Assembly: GCA_963575745.1 (NCBI GenBank)
Contig: CAUYUJ010000004.1
Span: forward strand, 434,001-498,000
Reading direction: 5' to 3'
Length of the DNA: 64,000 nucleotides
Origin: Prorocentrum cordatum
Lineage: Eukaryota
Below, in pieces: positions 12,325-24,768 of the stretch. The notes below the pieces were generated by a model. That model worked only from the letters and a program-made list of their open reading frames with translations, had not been told where the DNA came from and made no database searches. Each line of letters starts with the position of its first letter. The stretch's first letter is position 1. A program made the position numbers and the translations under genes.

Positions 12325-13346
12325 TGAGCTGCGGGACCCATAGGAAGGCTCCCGCCTGACGCGTCCTCACAATTCACTCACAGACGAGGGTCCCGCTTGA
12401 CACTTCCTCCAAATTCAAACTTGAGGAGCCCAAATGTGACGACAGTTACAGGAATCCGATGACCCGCTCGGATTAGTAACATGATCTGCGGGCCTCATGG
12501 GGAGGGGACTCCCGCTTGAGACTTGCTCGCAATTCACTAACAAACGAGGCTCCCGCCTGATGCTTCCTCCAAATTCAGACCTGAGGAGCCCAAAAGTGAC
12601 GACAGTTACAGGAATCCGATGGCCCGCTTGGATTAGTAACGTGATCTGCGGGCTCCATAGGGCGGGGGCTCCCGCTTGAGATTTCTTTACAATTCACTCA
12701 CAGACGAAGTTCCCGCTTGATGCTTCCTCCAAATTCAGACCTGAGGATCCCAAAAGTGACGACAGTTACAGGAATCCGATGACCCGCTCGGATTAGTAAC
12801 ATGATCTGCGGGCCCCATAGGGAGGGGGCTCCCGCCTGAGACTTCCTCACAATTCACTCACAGACGAGGCTCCCGCTTGATACTTCCTCCAAATTCAAAC
12901 CTGAGGAGCCCAAAAGAGACGACAGTTACAGGAATCCGATGACCCGCTCGGATTAGTAACATGATCTGCGGGCCCCATAGGGAGGGGGCTCCCGCCTGAG
13001 ACTTGCTCGCGATTCACTGACAAACGAGGTTCCCGCCTGACTTCCTCCAAATTCAGACCTGAGGAGCCCAAAAGTGACGACAGCTACAGGAATCCGATGA
13101 CCCGCTCGGATTAGTAACATGATCTGCGGGCCCCATAGGGGGGGGGGCCCCTGAGACTTCCTCGCAATTCACTCACAGACGAGGCTCCCGCTGATACTTC
13201 CTCCAAATTCAGACCTGAGGAGCCCAAAAGTGACGACAGTTAGAGGAATCCGATGACCCGCTCGGATTAGTAACATGATCTGCGGGCCCCATAGGGAGGG
13301 GGCTCCCGCCTGAGACTTCCTCACAATTCACACAGACGAGGCTCCC
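12325..13346. repeat. ~160-bp satellite, ~6 copies
   Basis: gacagttacaggaatccgat recurs at 12441, 12601, 12761 and 12921, with variant copies near 13079 and 13235. Confidence 0.95.
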
Positions 13347-13349
13347 TCT

Positions 13350-13561
13350 TGGTGGATGATGGTGATGGGATGATGACGACGGTGTTTGATGATGATATAT
13401 GATTGATGATGCTGATGATGGTGGTGGTGGTGATGATGACGACGTGATGATGATGATGATGGTGGTGATGATGAGTGCTGACGGTGAGTGATCGTGCGAT
13501 TATAATGGTAAATGGTGGTGGTGATGATGATGGGGACGAAGTGGTGAGTCAGCGAGGGTAG

Positions 13562-13619
<58 letters not shown>

Positions 13620-13695
13620 CCTTCGATGCCGATGATGGTGAGTGATCGTGCGATGGTGATGGTGATGCTGATGGTGATGGTGATGATGATGCTGA
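13350..13695. repeat. (GAT/GGT)n microsatellite
   Basis: Directly visible. Confidence 0.93.
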
Positions 13696-14526
13696 GGAGG
13701 AAGCAAAGAGGAGCAGAGGAGAGGGAGGAGGACGAGAGATCCTGCGCGGAGGGTGTGCAGAGAAAACAAGAACCCCACTTAGGATGTGGGGAAAAAATAG
13801 TCCGGGGACTATTCGTTGAGTTTTTTTTCTGTTGTTGTTGTTTTTTTGTTGTTTTCTTTTTGTGGATATGTTTGGGATATTTTGCATTTTTCGTCGAAAG
13901 TTCCCTTGTAGGGGGGCGGCACGCCCGACAGATACTAGGCCTCCCAGATGGGGTCGGAGTAGATCGGGAGCGGCCAAGAGGGGGATGAAGACCCGGGGGG
14001 GACGGATATCATGGCGGTGGCCATGAGATCTCCCCAGATTCCATGGCGCCTCGTCCTATCTCAATGCGTCCCTGGGCCCCCCACTTGGCCGCGCACATGC
14101 CGCTGGCCATGAGTTGCGCCCCCCCCTCTTGGATGCCCCCCTCTTGGCCGCCCCCGAATAGATGGGGTCGGAGGATCACGCGGCATCGCCGATGCATCGC
14201 CGATGCGGCTCGATGTGCAAACCGATTTGCGTCACGTCGACGTCGCCGATGCAACGCCGACGTCGACGATGCATCGCCGGTGCAGCGCCGATGCATCGCC
14301 GATGCATCGGCGATGCGGCATGATCCTCTCGCCCCATCTACTCTAATCCCATCTAGGAGGCCTTTACAGATGGATCCAGCTCGAGAAGCGCAGGAGACAG
14401 GTGGTGTCGATGGCTCGGGTTGCGATCTTTCCACGATGCTGCATGTGCTTCTCCATGTCAGATCTCGGGGTGCACCGATCCCGGCCAGGGTCCTTGCGCG
14501 TGTGCACAGTTCTCTGCGTTCTACAG

Positions 14527-16177
14527 GAGCGGGCGGAGAAGTTCCGCAAGGAGCACGAGGATCGCATGAAGGTTTTCGACAGGCTCTACGAGGAGACCCT
14601 GGACGCCATCCACCACAAGGACCCCCCAGCGGCCGACCCCAGCGCCTCAGAGCCGAAGAGCGACTTCGACAGGCTCTACGAGCAGACGATGGCGGCCATC
14701 CATGCCCCGACCACGCCTTCGCCGTGGGCCCAGCACCTGGAGGCGCTGCAGGCGCAGTACAACGAGCTCTCGAGCAAGAACGGGGAGCGCCAGGCGAGCA
14801 GGACGCGCGAGGCCCGCCGCCCGAGGAGCTCTGGCTTCCTGGCGTCCCGGAGCATAGGCTGGCACCCCGTGTCGCATTGGAAAGACGCGGCGCCCAGCGG
14901 GGACGCAGGGCTCGTCATCGTCGGGGAGGAGGACCTGCGTGCGCTGAAGTGGTCCGGCGCCCTGCCCCACGTGGCCTGCATCGCGATGGTGCCCCCTGGA
15001 GCAGACGCCGTGTACCAGATGATGTACTTCGTCGACAACTGGAGGCTGACGGGTGGGGCTAGGACGGATAGATCGTTGCAGAGCGTTCCAGAATGTTTTC
15101 AGAGCGGTCCGGAATTCTCTGAGAAGGCCGCAGTGCCCGACACATTTTCCAGAGCTGCGATCCCCGATTCGTTTTGTTCCGATCATGTCCCTGTCCTGGC
15201 TCCGTCTCAGGCTGCAGACGTGGGAGTCCAAGGATCGGGATCCCGCAAAGGGTGTGTGTGTGTGTGTGGGTGTGTGCCCAGGGGGGGGGGGAGTTCGATC
15301 GGTTTTTGCAAAGAACCGCTCAAAACAGATGCCCCCCAGCCGCCGGCAGCTTCCGATGGTTGCCGATGGGTGGGGCATGGCGGTGGGCATCTGTTTGCGG
15401 CAGTTCGGTGCACCAGCGGATCGAACTCATGCCCCCGCTCAGGGTCACCCCCGCTTTGCTGGGTCCCGAAAGGAGCTGGTTCTGGTGTACCAGCACAGCG
15501 ACAGGAGACTCGCCAAGGTCCTCGACAAGTACGTCGACGGCAAGGCCGTGAAGGCGGTGGGTGCCCGCGACGCCGAGTTCCCCTCCACGGCGGCCGCCCG
15601 CTACGGCGCATGGTCCGTCAAGGCCGACGTCATCGCCCGCTGGGACTTCGAGGAGTGGCACCACCCCGATCAGCTAACGCTGCAGGTCAACTGGGTGCTC
15701 GTTTGGGGGGCCTTCCTGGAGCCCACCTGGCAGATCTGTTGTTCGACCCCAGTTCGACCCCAGTTCGACTCGAGTTCGGCTCGAGTTCGACTCGAGCTCG
15801 ACTCAGGCTCGACTCAGGTTCGACCCAGGGTCGACCCATGTCGGCAGACGCTCGACGCAGCTTCGACGCACGAGCGGAGCGAGTGGCCCCAGGAAGGTCC
15901 CCAGCATGATCCTCCCAAGGTCAAGGCCCTCGCCATGACCGCGCGGCCCGCGTCCCTGCTGCAGCCGCAGGGCACCCACGGCCCCAGGGCCACGGACAGG
16001 GAGAGCACCCTCGTCGGCGAGGCCAAGTGGATGCGCGAGGAGTGGTACCCCTTCCTGAGGCACGGCAGCGACATCCTCGAGGAGGACAGGGCGCACCACA
16101 TCGTCCAGGTCGACGTCCCGAAGCTGGACATCAACGCGAAGGCGCCGAAGAAAGCGCCATTCAAGGACACCCTGGAG
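14527..16177 (+). CDS. Partial multi-exon host gene, GT2/GT-A glycosyltransferase-like; exons 14527-15044, 15211-15232, 15473-15685, 15920-16177
   Basis: Splicing at GC-AG, GA-AG and GT-AG junctions keeps the frame and gives LPHVACIAMVP...FVDNWRLQTWESKELVLVY...ADVIARWDFEEWHHPDQLTLQVKAL. This matches the GT2 pattern (P.VS...QTY..KELVIV...IA.WDDDD..HP.RL..Q) with a degenerate DxD. Exons have strong GC3 bias. The first and last exons were not located. Confidence 0.75.
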
Positions 16178-18534
16178 GCGCGCGGTCGGGGCGCAGGAGT
16201 CGCGGGCCGGCCTCGGCGGCGCTCCCTGGTGGCCGCGGCGGCGCTGGCGACGGCTGGGAGGGCGAAGGCGGCGGCGGCGGCGACGACGACGACGAGGGTG
16301 CCGAGGCCGGGCGACGGCAGGCTGGGGCTCACGGGCCCACCTCGACCGTGCGTATCCGGGGTTTACCTTGTTCGCTCGAGCCGGGTCGGCCAACTAACGC
16401 TCCGCCCTGCAGCCGAAGTCCTCGAGCGCCCGTTCCCTCAGGAGCTCTGCGGGGTACTTGTGGGGCTCACTTGTGGGGTCCGAAACCCGGATGGCAGGGC
16501 GCCAGAGAGTCACCGAGCGCGTTTCACTGCTCGCAAAGTGCCTACTCGCAAACATCAGACAAACACATGTCCTCATCGATGTAATCTATCGTAGATCCCT
16601 CGCGGCGGATCCAGGCCATTTGCGAGTAGCCAGTTTGCGAGTAGTGCAACGCGCTCGTCTAGAGAGGCGTGGCCCCACTTGTGGGGTCCACTTGTGGGGT
16701 CCAAAACCTGGATTCAGCCAAGATGCCGAGTCAAGGAACAGCTTGCGTTCGGAAGGAGCTCGTTGTTTCTCGGGTCCTTCCATGGTTGTTCCTCTAGCGC
16801 TCCTCGTGCACACCGGCGCTTTTCCAGCCACGAAGGGGCTTAGTTCATTATCTCACGTTCCTTATGGTAGCAGCTTGACTGTGCAGTGCTGTTTATGATA
16901 CATGCTCCGCGTGCGGATCATGTATTAAAGATGCAGGGACCTAGTATTAAAAATAACGATGAGTTCATGCATACATTTATTCATAAATTAATCATATACG
17001 AAAACCTTTACAAACAAATATCCTATGTATTAAAAACTGCCCTGTAGCAGGGCGCCAGAGAGGCGTGGCCCCTCGGGCTGCTGCAGCGGCGCGGTGCGTC
17101 GGGTCGGAGCCTCGCGCGACGCCCCGCCGCGGCAGGGAGCGCGGTGCGAGCGCGGCCGGAGCGCAGCTGGGGCGGGCGCGGGCACGAGGAGAAGGAGGAG
17201 GAGGAGGAGGAGGAGGAGGGATCTGTGCTTCTGGGGCGACGGGGGAGAGGGCAATGCTTTTGTAGGGCAAGAGCAAGCCTGAGCGGCCCAATCGTCGGCA
17301 AGAGCAAGCCCGAGATCAGAGCTTCTCGCGAAGGGCGGCTGTAATGATTGCTGTTGACCGATCAAGCGCGCCCGGCGAGCGTACGGGGATCTGGTCCTGG
17401 AAACATCGCTGCCCCCCCGGCGACCTTCAACCCACAGTGACTACCTACCAGACCACCACATACCAACCCGAAGACCCGAAATTGACCCCGGTTTCGGGTT
17501 GGGGGGGGGGTACGGGTTCCATGTGTTTTCCCAACGTTCCCCGACCCCCCCCCTGGAAATGGAGGGCAAATTGAGGCCTTCGGGTTGGGTTGGGGTGGCT
17601 TGGTGGGTGGTGGCACAGGGCTCGTGGACCCAACCGCGGGCCGTCCGACGACGGAGGGCCTCGCGTGCTGTCGATTGGTTGAGCTCTTCGCTTGGGAATG
17701 ACTGCTACTGTTGCTCTCCCCGCACCAGGCATGATTTGCTCGATTGTAGCGTTCCCCCCTGGACGCTCGCACCCCAGTTTTTGTCTTGATGGTGAGGAGG
17801 AGGAGGAGGATTGATAATCGAGGTGGAGGAAGAAGAGGAGGAGGAGGAGGAGGAGGAGGAGGATCGAGGAACATAAGAACGCATGAACATAAACTTGTGG
17901 AGGTCCGTGCGGAACTCTGTTTTTGTTTGGTGATTGGGTGTCGCGTAGCGGGGGGGCGATACATGGGGGGACAGGGAGTTCTGCCGAAAAGGGGTCTCTC
18001 GGGGCACCTAGAGGCCATGCGGTCCCACAGGTCCATGTGACGGAGGCCTGGACAAGAAAACCAAGAATGCCAACATGTGTTCTACCTTAGAATACGGAGA
18101 ATGCTCAGAATACGAAAATGAGAAGACAATGATATTATATTTCCTGGACTCTGAAGACACGAATGATTCTTACTGTGTTTTACACATATGAGCCAGATGT
18201 TCAACGACATGGTCCCCAGGGAAAGCAGATCGCGCTTCCGCGCACGCTATGTCTGTTGCTTTCCAAAGCCGAGAGTAGCGCCCATGGGGGCTACGCTGGA
18301 TATTCCAGATCCGTTTCGCGCGAAACGCCATGCATGGGCAGACTTGCAGCACTTGCAGTGCCAAGGGGATGGCCTCGGTAGGGGGGAGGAGGTGTTTCGG
18401 GCGTTCTTGGGTCGTGCGGAATGCTGCGAGTTTGCGAGGTTCGCGCAAATATGCGTAATGCGGGTAGCCGCGGGGCAAAACGCAGGTCCAATGTAAAACA
18501 ACAGGACTGACATGTTGCGCGCGCGCCTCTTTCT

Positions 18535-18575
<41 letters not shown>

Positions 18576-18584
18576 GTGTCCCTC

Positions 18585-18624
<40 letters not shown>

Positions 18625-21600
18625 TCTCCCTCTTTTCTTTTTTTTCATAGTTCAATTTGTTCTTCCCCAACATGTCGTTCTCCCCGACTTCCTCTCCAAA
18701 TTGCGCGCCGTTGCGCGAAGTGCCCCTGCGATCGCTCGACGAAGCGCCAATGCACATAACGGCAGCGCGTGTGCAAGCGTTTTCCACATGACGCATCGCA
18801 TATCTACACATGGCACAAAACACAGCACAGAAGATAACGCATAGCATCGCCCCCCCCCCCCTCCCCCTCCCCCCCCCCCCCCCCCCCACACCCCGCCCCC
18901 CCCCCCCCCACACGGCCCAATGGCGAATAGCCAACGCATATTTTAGTATATTAAAGTTCGCATAACACATCATGTTATGCAAACGCGTATTTTCACACAG
19001 CATGTCGTAGATCCCTACTCACATAATGCATAACGCTCACCGCCAGGGTGAGGCCCATGGACCATGGAAGGAGGGGTAGCGGATTTCCTCTTTGCTTTTT
19101 GCGTCGGGCGTCTTGGGGTTTTTGGTGTCTGATGTCATGAGTCATGGGCGTCTCGTCTGGGGGTCTTGGACCTTGGGCTCAGACCCGCTCCTCCCCCGCC
19201 TCCCCCACCGCATTGCCGCTTTTGCCCGAGCGCACAAACGCGGTCATCATGCACATGCGAACGGCATGATAACCGTCAGAGTTGACAACTTGTTCGATGA
19301 TGGTGTTGACCTGGCGCGCCTGGTGCCAGCCCTCGTCGCGCTTGCACGTGGGACATGAGATATGTTTTTTTTTTGGGGGGAATTCCAGCGCGCCCGCGCG
19401 CGCATCGCGGCCCGCGGAGGGCAATCGGCGACGGCGTCGGGCCCCGGGCCAGCGACTTTGCCGGGAGAGGGAAGGGGGGGGCAGGGCCGCAGCGCGCGCG
19501 CAACGGTGGCCCCCGGTCGCCCCGCTCCCCGCCCCAACCTCTCCGGCCCGCCACGCCGCTGCCCCGGGCCCAATCCGCGTTCGATCCCCGCGACCTTCTC
19601 TCCCCGACTTCCATTTTCCACGCCCCCCCCCCCCCGTGCCCCCCGCCCCCCGCCGCGGCCCCCCGCCCCTTCCCCCGCCCCCCCCCCCCCCCCTCCCCCC
19701 CCCCTTAACCATGCGCCGTCGCTCCGTTCCCCCCCCCCCCCCCTTCCCTGCTCCCCCCCTCGCCCTCCCCCCCCCCTCCCGCCCCAGATCTTCTTTTCGC
19801 CCTCGTCGTCGTCGTCGTCGTCGTCGCGGTTGTCTTCCTGTCCACCTCCCAGTCGCCCCCCCCCCCCCACCCTCTCGCCCGCCCCCTCTCCCGGCCCCCC
19901 CCCGGGCCCCCCGCCCAGGAGGGGCGCGGGGGGGGGGGGCGCGGCTGGCCGGGGCGACGAGGGCTCCAACGCGTCGAAGACGAAGCATCGCACGCAGAGG
20001 CGGAGGTCGAAGAGATGGGAGGAGAGGACGCGGCGGCAGGGAGAGGAGGGCGAGGAGCGGCGGCTGAGGCACCAGCCGCGCTCGAAGAGGCGCCCATGCG
20101 GGCGATGGAGTCGGACAGGGCCGACGCGGGTGGACGAGTTGTTCGCGCCGTCTGATGGGGGAGATGGAAGGGGAAGCCATTCCCCCCTCCGCCTCCTCCT
20201 TCCTCCTCCCCATGACAACCCCCCTGCCCGCCCCCGCGGCCGCGGGCGCCGCCGCCGGCCGGGGCGCCGAGCCAGCCGTTGGCGGCGCCAGGGCGGCGCG
20301 CGCGGGCCCAGAAGGAAGGCGCAGCCCGTGCTCTTCGCCCCCTCGCCTCCGCTTGGCGTTTCATTTCTGGCCCCCCTCAAGATCCGTCTCCCTTCTCCTA
20401 CGGCCGATCCCCCCCCCGCCGCCGTCGCCGCCATTGTCGCCCCCCCATCGGGGCCAAATTGCGATGGGGGGCCCGAGGAGGAGTTCGATGATGGGGGGGA
20501 GGTGGGGGAAGGGGTCGGGGGGGACGGGGGTGGGGGGGGCGCCCTCCCTTCCCCCTTTAAGACGAGGCGGCAACCGTGGGCGAGCATCTAGGTGTCTGCG
20601 GTAAATCGCCCCGCCGTGCCAGCCCAGCCGCATCGGTGGCAGTTGCTCGATCCGACGAGGGCTGCGACGACCGCGATAATGGCGGTGCTGAGGATGAAAT
20701 TGACATGTTGACGATGTGGATGATTATGGCGATGATGTTGACGGCGCTGATGATAGGGGTTGATGACGACGACGACGACGATGGCGACTCCGATGGGCAG
20801 ATGAGGAGGGCGATGATGCTGCTGGCGACGAGGCCGAGGATGAGCGGTGCAGCAAAAGTCGGGATGACTAACATGATGGCGTCGGTGGCGACGTTGATGA
20901 CGACAGAAGCGGCGATGCTCCTGTGGAGGGCGAAGGCGGGGATGGTGGCGATGATGATGGCGCCGATGATCACGCTGGTGATGAGGGGGAGGAGGGGGAA
21001 GAGGACGACGACGGCGAGGATCGTGTTGGGCCTGGGGAAGTCGCGGGTCTCGGGTCTGTTCCGAATTCCTCAGGGGCCGTTCTGGGGTTTGGGTCTTGGG
21101 GGTCCATTGGGGCCCTCTTGGGCCGTCTTGGAGGCCTCTTGGGCATTGGGTATTGGGCTGCCTAGAGACCTTGGAGGTTCTCCCGGGTCTCAGGGCCATG
21201 GCGTCGCGCCCCGTGGGCCCCCGGGCTGTCGCGGGGCCATCCTCCGGGAAGTATTCTGGGCCCACTGGGGCCGACGGGAGCTCGAGAGGGCGAGCGCGCG
21301 AAACATTCAGGGCATTTTGCTGTTACCACGCCAGACCTTGCTGGGGGCCTTCTCGGAGCCCTCTTGGGCTCTTGGCCACTTGGGCCGTCTTGGAGGCCTC
21401 TTCGGCCGATTCGAGTCCACGTGGGGCCGTCTTGAGGCCGCCTGAGAGGCCTCCGAGCTTACGTTGGTGACCTCGGCTCTTGGGAGCTCGCCTGGGCCGC
21501 CCTGCATGCCGCCGTAGGCATCTTGGATCTCGGGCGCGCAGAAACCATGCCAAACGCCACATGGCATATGGCGCAATGGCATTTCAGCGCGCCCATGCCG

Positions 21601-21789
21601 CGCAAGAGTGGCGGCGGATTCGCGTGGCCTGCCGGGCAGCCGCCCAGACAGGGGAGGGGGCGAAAGCCCCCGAACGGCCAAGCCCAGGGGTCGAACAAGA
21701 CAGGCACCGAGGGCCATGGCGCCCAGCCGAAGAACCCCAACATGCCACTTGCAGCGCAGAGGCCCACCAGGGCCTTGCCCGCGGCCGCG

Positions 21790-24768
21790 GCAGCGCCCCC
21801 CGAACCCGCCAGCGGCGGCGGCAGCGGCTCAAAGTGTAGCAACTCCCTACGTGGCGCGGAGTGGCGTGACGCGGCCACCCATCGATCCAGAAAGGTATAC
21901 CATCGATGGGGGAGTATGCCGACGGCGCGGGCATTGCTGACATTTTCTGCGCGGCAGCTTTCAGGGGCAAGTTCAAGCGCAAGGTCGATCGCGATGCCCA
22001 GATCGCGAGAGTACGGGACAACAAAGACGAGATGGATGCGTTCACAGGCCGCCAGGATAGTGGCATTTCGAAGGCGCAGAAGAAGCATGCTGCGGGCACA
22101 TGGTGCTACGCCTACACCGGCTTAGAACACGGCGCCAGCTCAAGGAGAGAGACCAGGACACTGGTCCGCTAGAAGTGCTATAAGGAGGCACTCCTTCCGC
22201 CTGCTCCGAAGCTTACCCTGCGCCGGGCGCGCTGAGACTGCGCCGCCCACGGTCCAGAGGCAGTTGGGCCACAAAGCGAAGCGGTCGCTTGGGCTGGAGG
22301 CAGTCATCATGTCCGCCAAGAAAGGGGCCCTTTGGAAGTTCCATGCGTCGAGCTCGAGCCAGCGCAAGTCTTCGGAGCTCCTTCGCGAGCAGAGCTCGAA
22401 CGAGAGGGACAACGAGGCGGGCGAAATGCCCGAGGAAGTCCAGGCGGCGGGCATGGCCAGCGTCGAGGATGCCCGCAGAGGCGCGGGCGCCCGAGGACGC
22501 GATCGCGGCCGTCCGGAAGGATGCACAGGAGAAGGGGGATGCTGGAGGTGAGGCCTCAGGCAGGAGGGCGCTGGGCAATGCTACGTTAGCGCTGCCACTC
22601 TGTCGCTGCTGCCGCTGCTGCTTCTCGCGCGCTGCTTACCGGGCCCCAGTTATCCTTCTTTCCCTTGGCGCCTGGGCAAGCGTGGGTTTCGAAATGCCGA
22701 AGGGGGGCGTTGGGGCGCGGGGCTTGGGGGGCAGCGGGGGGGGGGTGGGGGGGCCCTGGTGGTCTTTCATGTCCTGGCTACGTCACTTCCCTCCAGCCTT
22801 CCACGTCCTTCTCATGTCTTGCCCCATCCTTGCGCATGGGCGTCAGTGCTCGTTCCCCCCCCTGCCCGAGTGTCCACTCTGGCGCGCGAGTCTCCTCGAC
22901 GTCCAGCCCTCGCTCTTGTCTCGAATGCCATGTTCCATGTCCCCTGCCTCCGCGTGCTGGTGATGATGCTGCCGCTTCTCCCCCGCGTGGTGCATCGCGC
23001 CTCGTGCCTCGTGCGGATCTGCCGCCCTCGCCCTCCTCGCGCCCCTCGCTCTGTTCGCCCGTCGGTATCTTCGCCCTCCTCGACCCCCCGCTGCCTGCGC
23101 CGCCTCGCCCCTCGCCCCCCCCCCCCCCCCCCTTTCCCCTTGGCCCCCGGCGAGGCGAGGCTTTGCCGGCGCCGCCCGCGCGAGCGGGGCGCCGCTGTCG
23201 GACGTCAAGGCGAAGAAGAAGCGGGGGTTGGCCGACGTCGAGGACGACGACCGCGCCGGCGGTCGCGGCGGCCGCCCCCCTGGCGGCCGCTGGCCAGAGC
23301 AAGCCAGGACCGCGCCGGCATCTGGATGCGAACAGGTCAGGAGCGGCGGTTCTCGCCGCAGCGGAGGCGGCAGCGGAGGCGGCCCTCGCCTTTCCGGAGG
23401 CGGAGTCGGCGGCGGAGGCGGCGGCGGCGCGACGCCAGGCAGGCTCGGCAGGACACAGGACTCCGCTGCAGCGGCCATGGCCCGCGCGCTTGAACCCTCC
23501 AACATCGCGGACGGGGGTTCGGTTCACATCAGCGATAAGTGGGCGGCGCAGCAGAATATCATCATGAGGTACATAGACAAGGCCCAGGAAGAGGAGAGGG
23601 AAGAGACGGCCAGTCATAAGAAGGCGGAGCTGGCCCATGCCAAACACATCTTCCAGATGATAGAGTCCGCGATGAAGATGCACGCTCGCATCGACGGCAG
23701 CATGCTGGGCCCAACGTTGGCAGGAGGCTTTGGCGAGCAGCTGCGGCAACATCGTGACGTTCTTGTCGGGCAATCCAGATTGCAAGTTCAGGTGCGTCCG
23801 TTTCTGGAAAACGCATTTCGACGCGCTCGGCTGCCCCCCCTAAGTGCGACGAGTTCCCGGCGGAGCTCCGCAAGTTCAAGCTAGCCGACCGCGGCATCAT
23901 CGCAGTGGGCGCTCTCGACGACGCCGTAGTCTGTCAGAGATCGGCCATCGCGAACATAGTCGCCGCGAAGCTCCAGATGGGCGTCGACGTCGCAGCCCTC
24001 TGCTCGGCGCCGGCCGCTTGGTTGACCCGTCCATGACCACCGCGTCGTCGGCTTGGATTGATGGTGGCCTATCGGGCATGTGCGCGATTTCCACAGTACC
24101 CGGTGCAACGATGACCTCAAGGAGAGCAGCGACGCTGACTGCCTGGAAGTTTTGATCAAGTCGGTGAGTGAGCATTTCGAAGAGACGCTAAGGGTTGGCT
24201 TCCTCTACCTTCTGAACCACTTTATAGCTCCCTGGGGAGCAGATCATGGACCGCGCCGCCCAGATTTTCCAGGGGTGCACGCAGCGCTTGGCCTTCGACG
24301 CGGAGGTGGCCAAGCAGAGCGCGCGAGCTTGCAAGTTTGCCAAAGCGCAGCATGTCGGGCCCGCAGACTTCCACAGGGCTGAAGGGCATCATCGAATTCG
24401 TGACGAACCAGCAGGCAAGCGAGGAGGCAATGCTGGCATGTCTCTCTGATTTGGACGAGGCGACGCGCGCCGTGGCCGACGACCTCATCGGCTTGTGGGC
24501 GACGAGGCGCGCGGAGGCAGCATCTTGCTTCGAGCCGACTGGCCCGACTCATGACGAGGTCATTTACATGCCCACGGCCGCGGAAGATCTGCTCGAGCCC
24601 GGGAAGGGAAACACCGCCGACGGCATCTTGATTCGCCGCAAGGTCGCGAGCCGCTGCCGCGAGTGGTGCAGCAAGCACTTTGTGTTCTGCGAGTCCAAGG
24701 ACCTCGCGAATATGACCCGCGAGAACATGATCTACTTGACCAGCCTCGACCGCCGACAGTCGATCTAG
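21790..24768 (+). pseudogene. Decayed coding remnants of unknown function, probably TE-associated
   Basis: Protein-like stretches in shifting frames (GIADIFCAAAFRGKFKRKVDR; NIIMRYIDKAQEEEREE; CLEVLIKSVSEHFEE; GLKGIIEFVTNQQ). No recognisable motif. Confidence 0.4.

Noticed and set aside
14401..16594. The 502-aa and 513-aa ORFs as real proteins
   Set aside because: They are exon plus intron read-throughs of one spliced gene.
19179..21445. Long Gly/Pro/Arg- and Met-rich ORFs
   Set aside because: Produced by poly-C/G tracts and GAT-rich low-complexity DNA; no domain signal.
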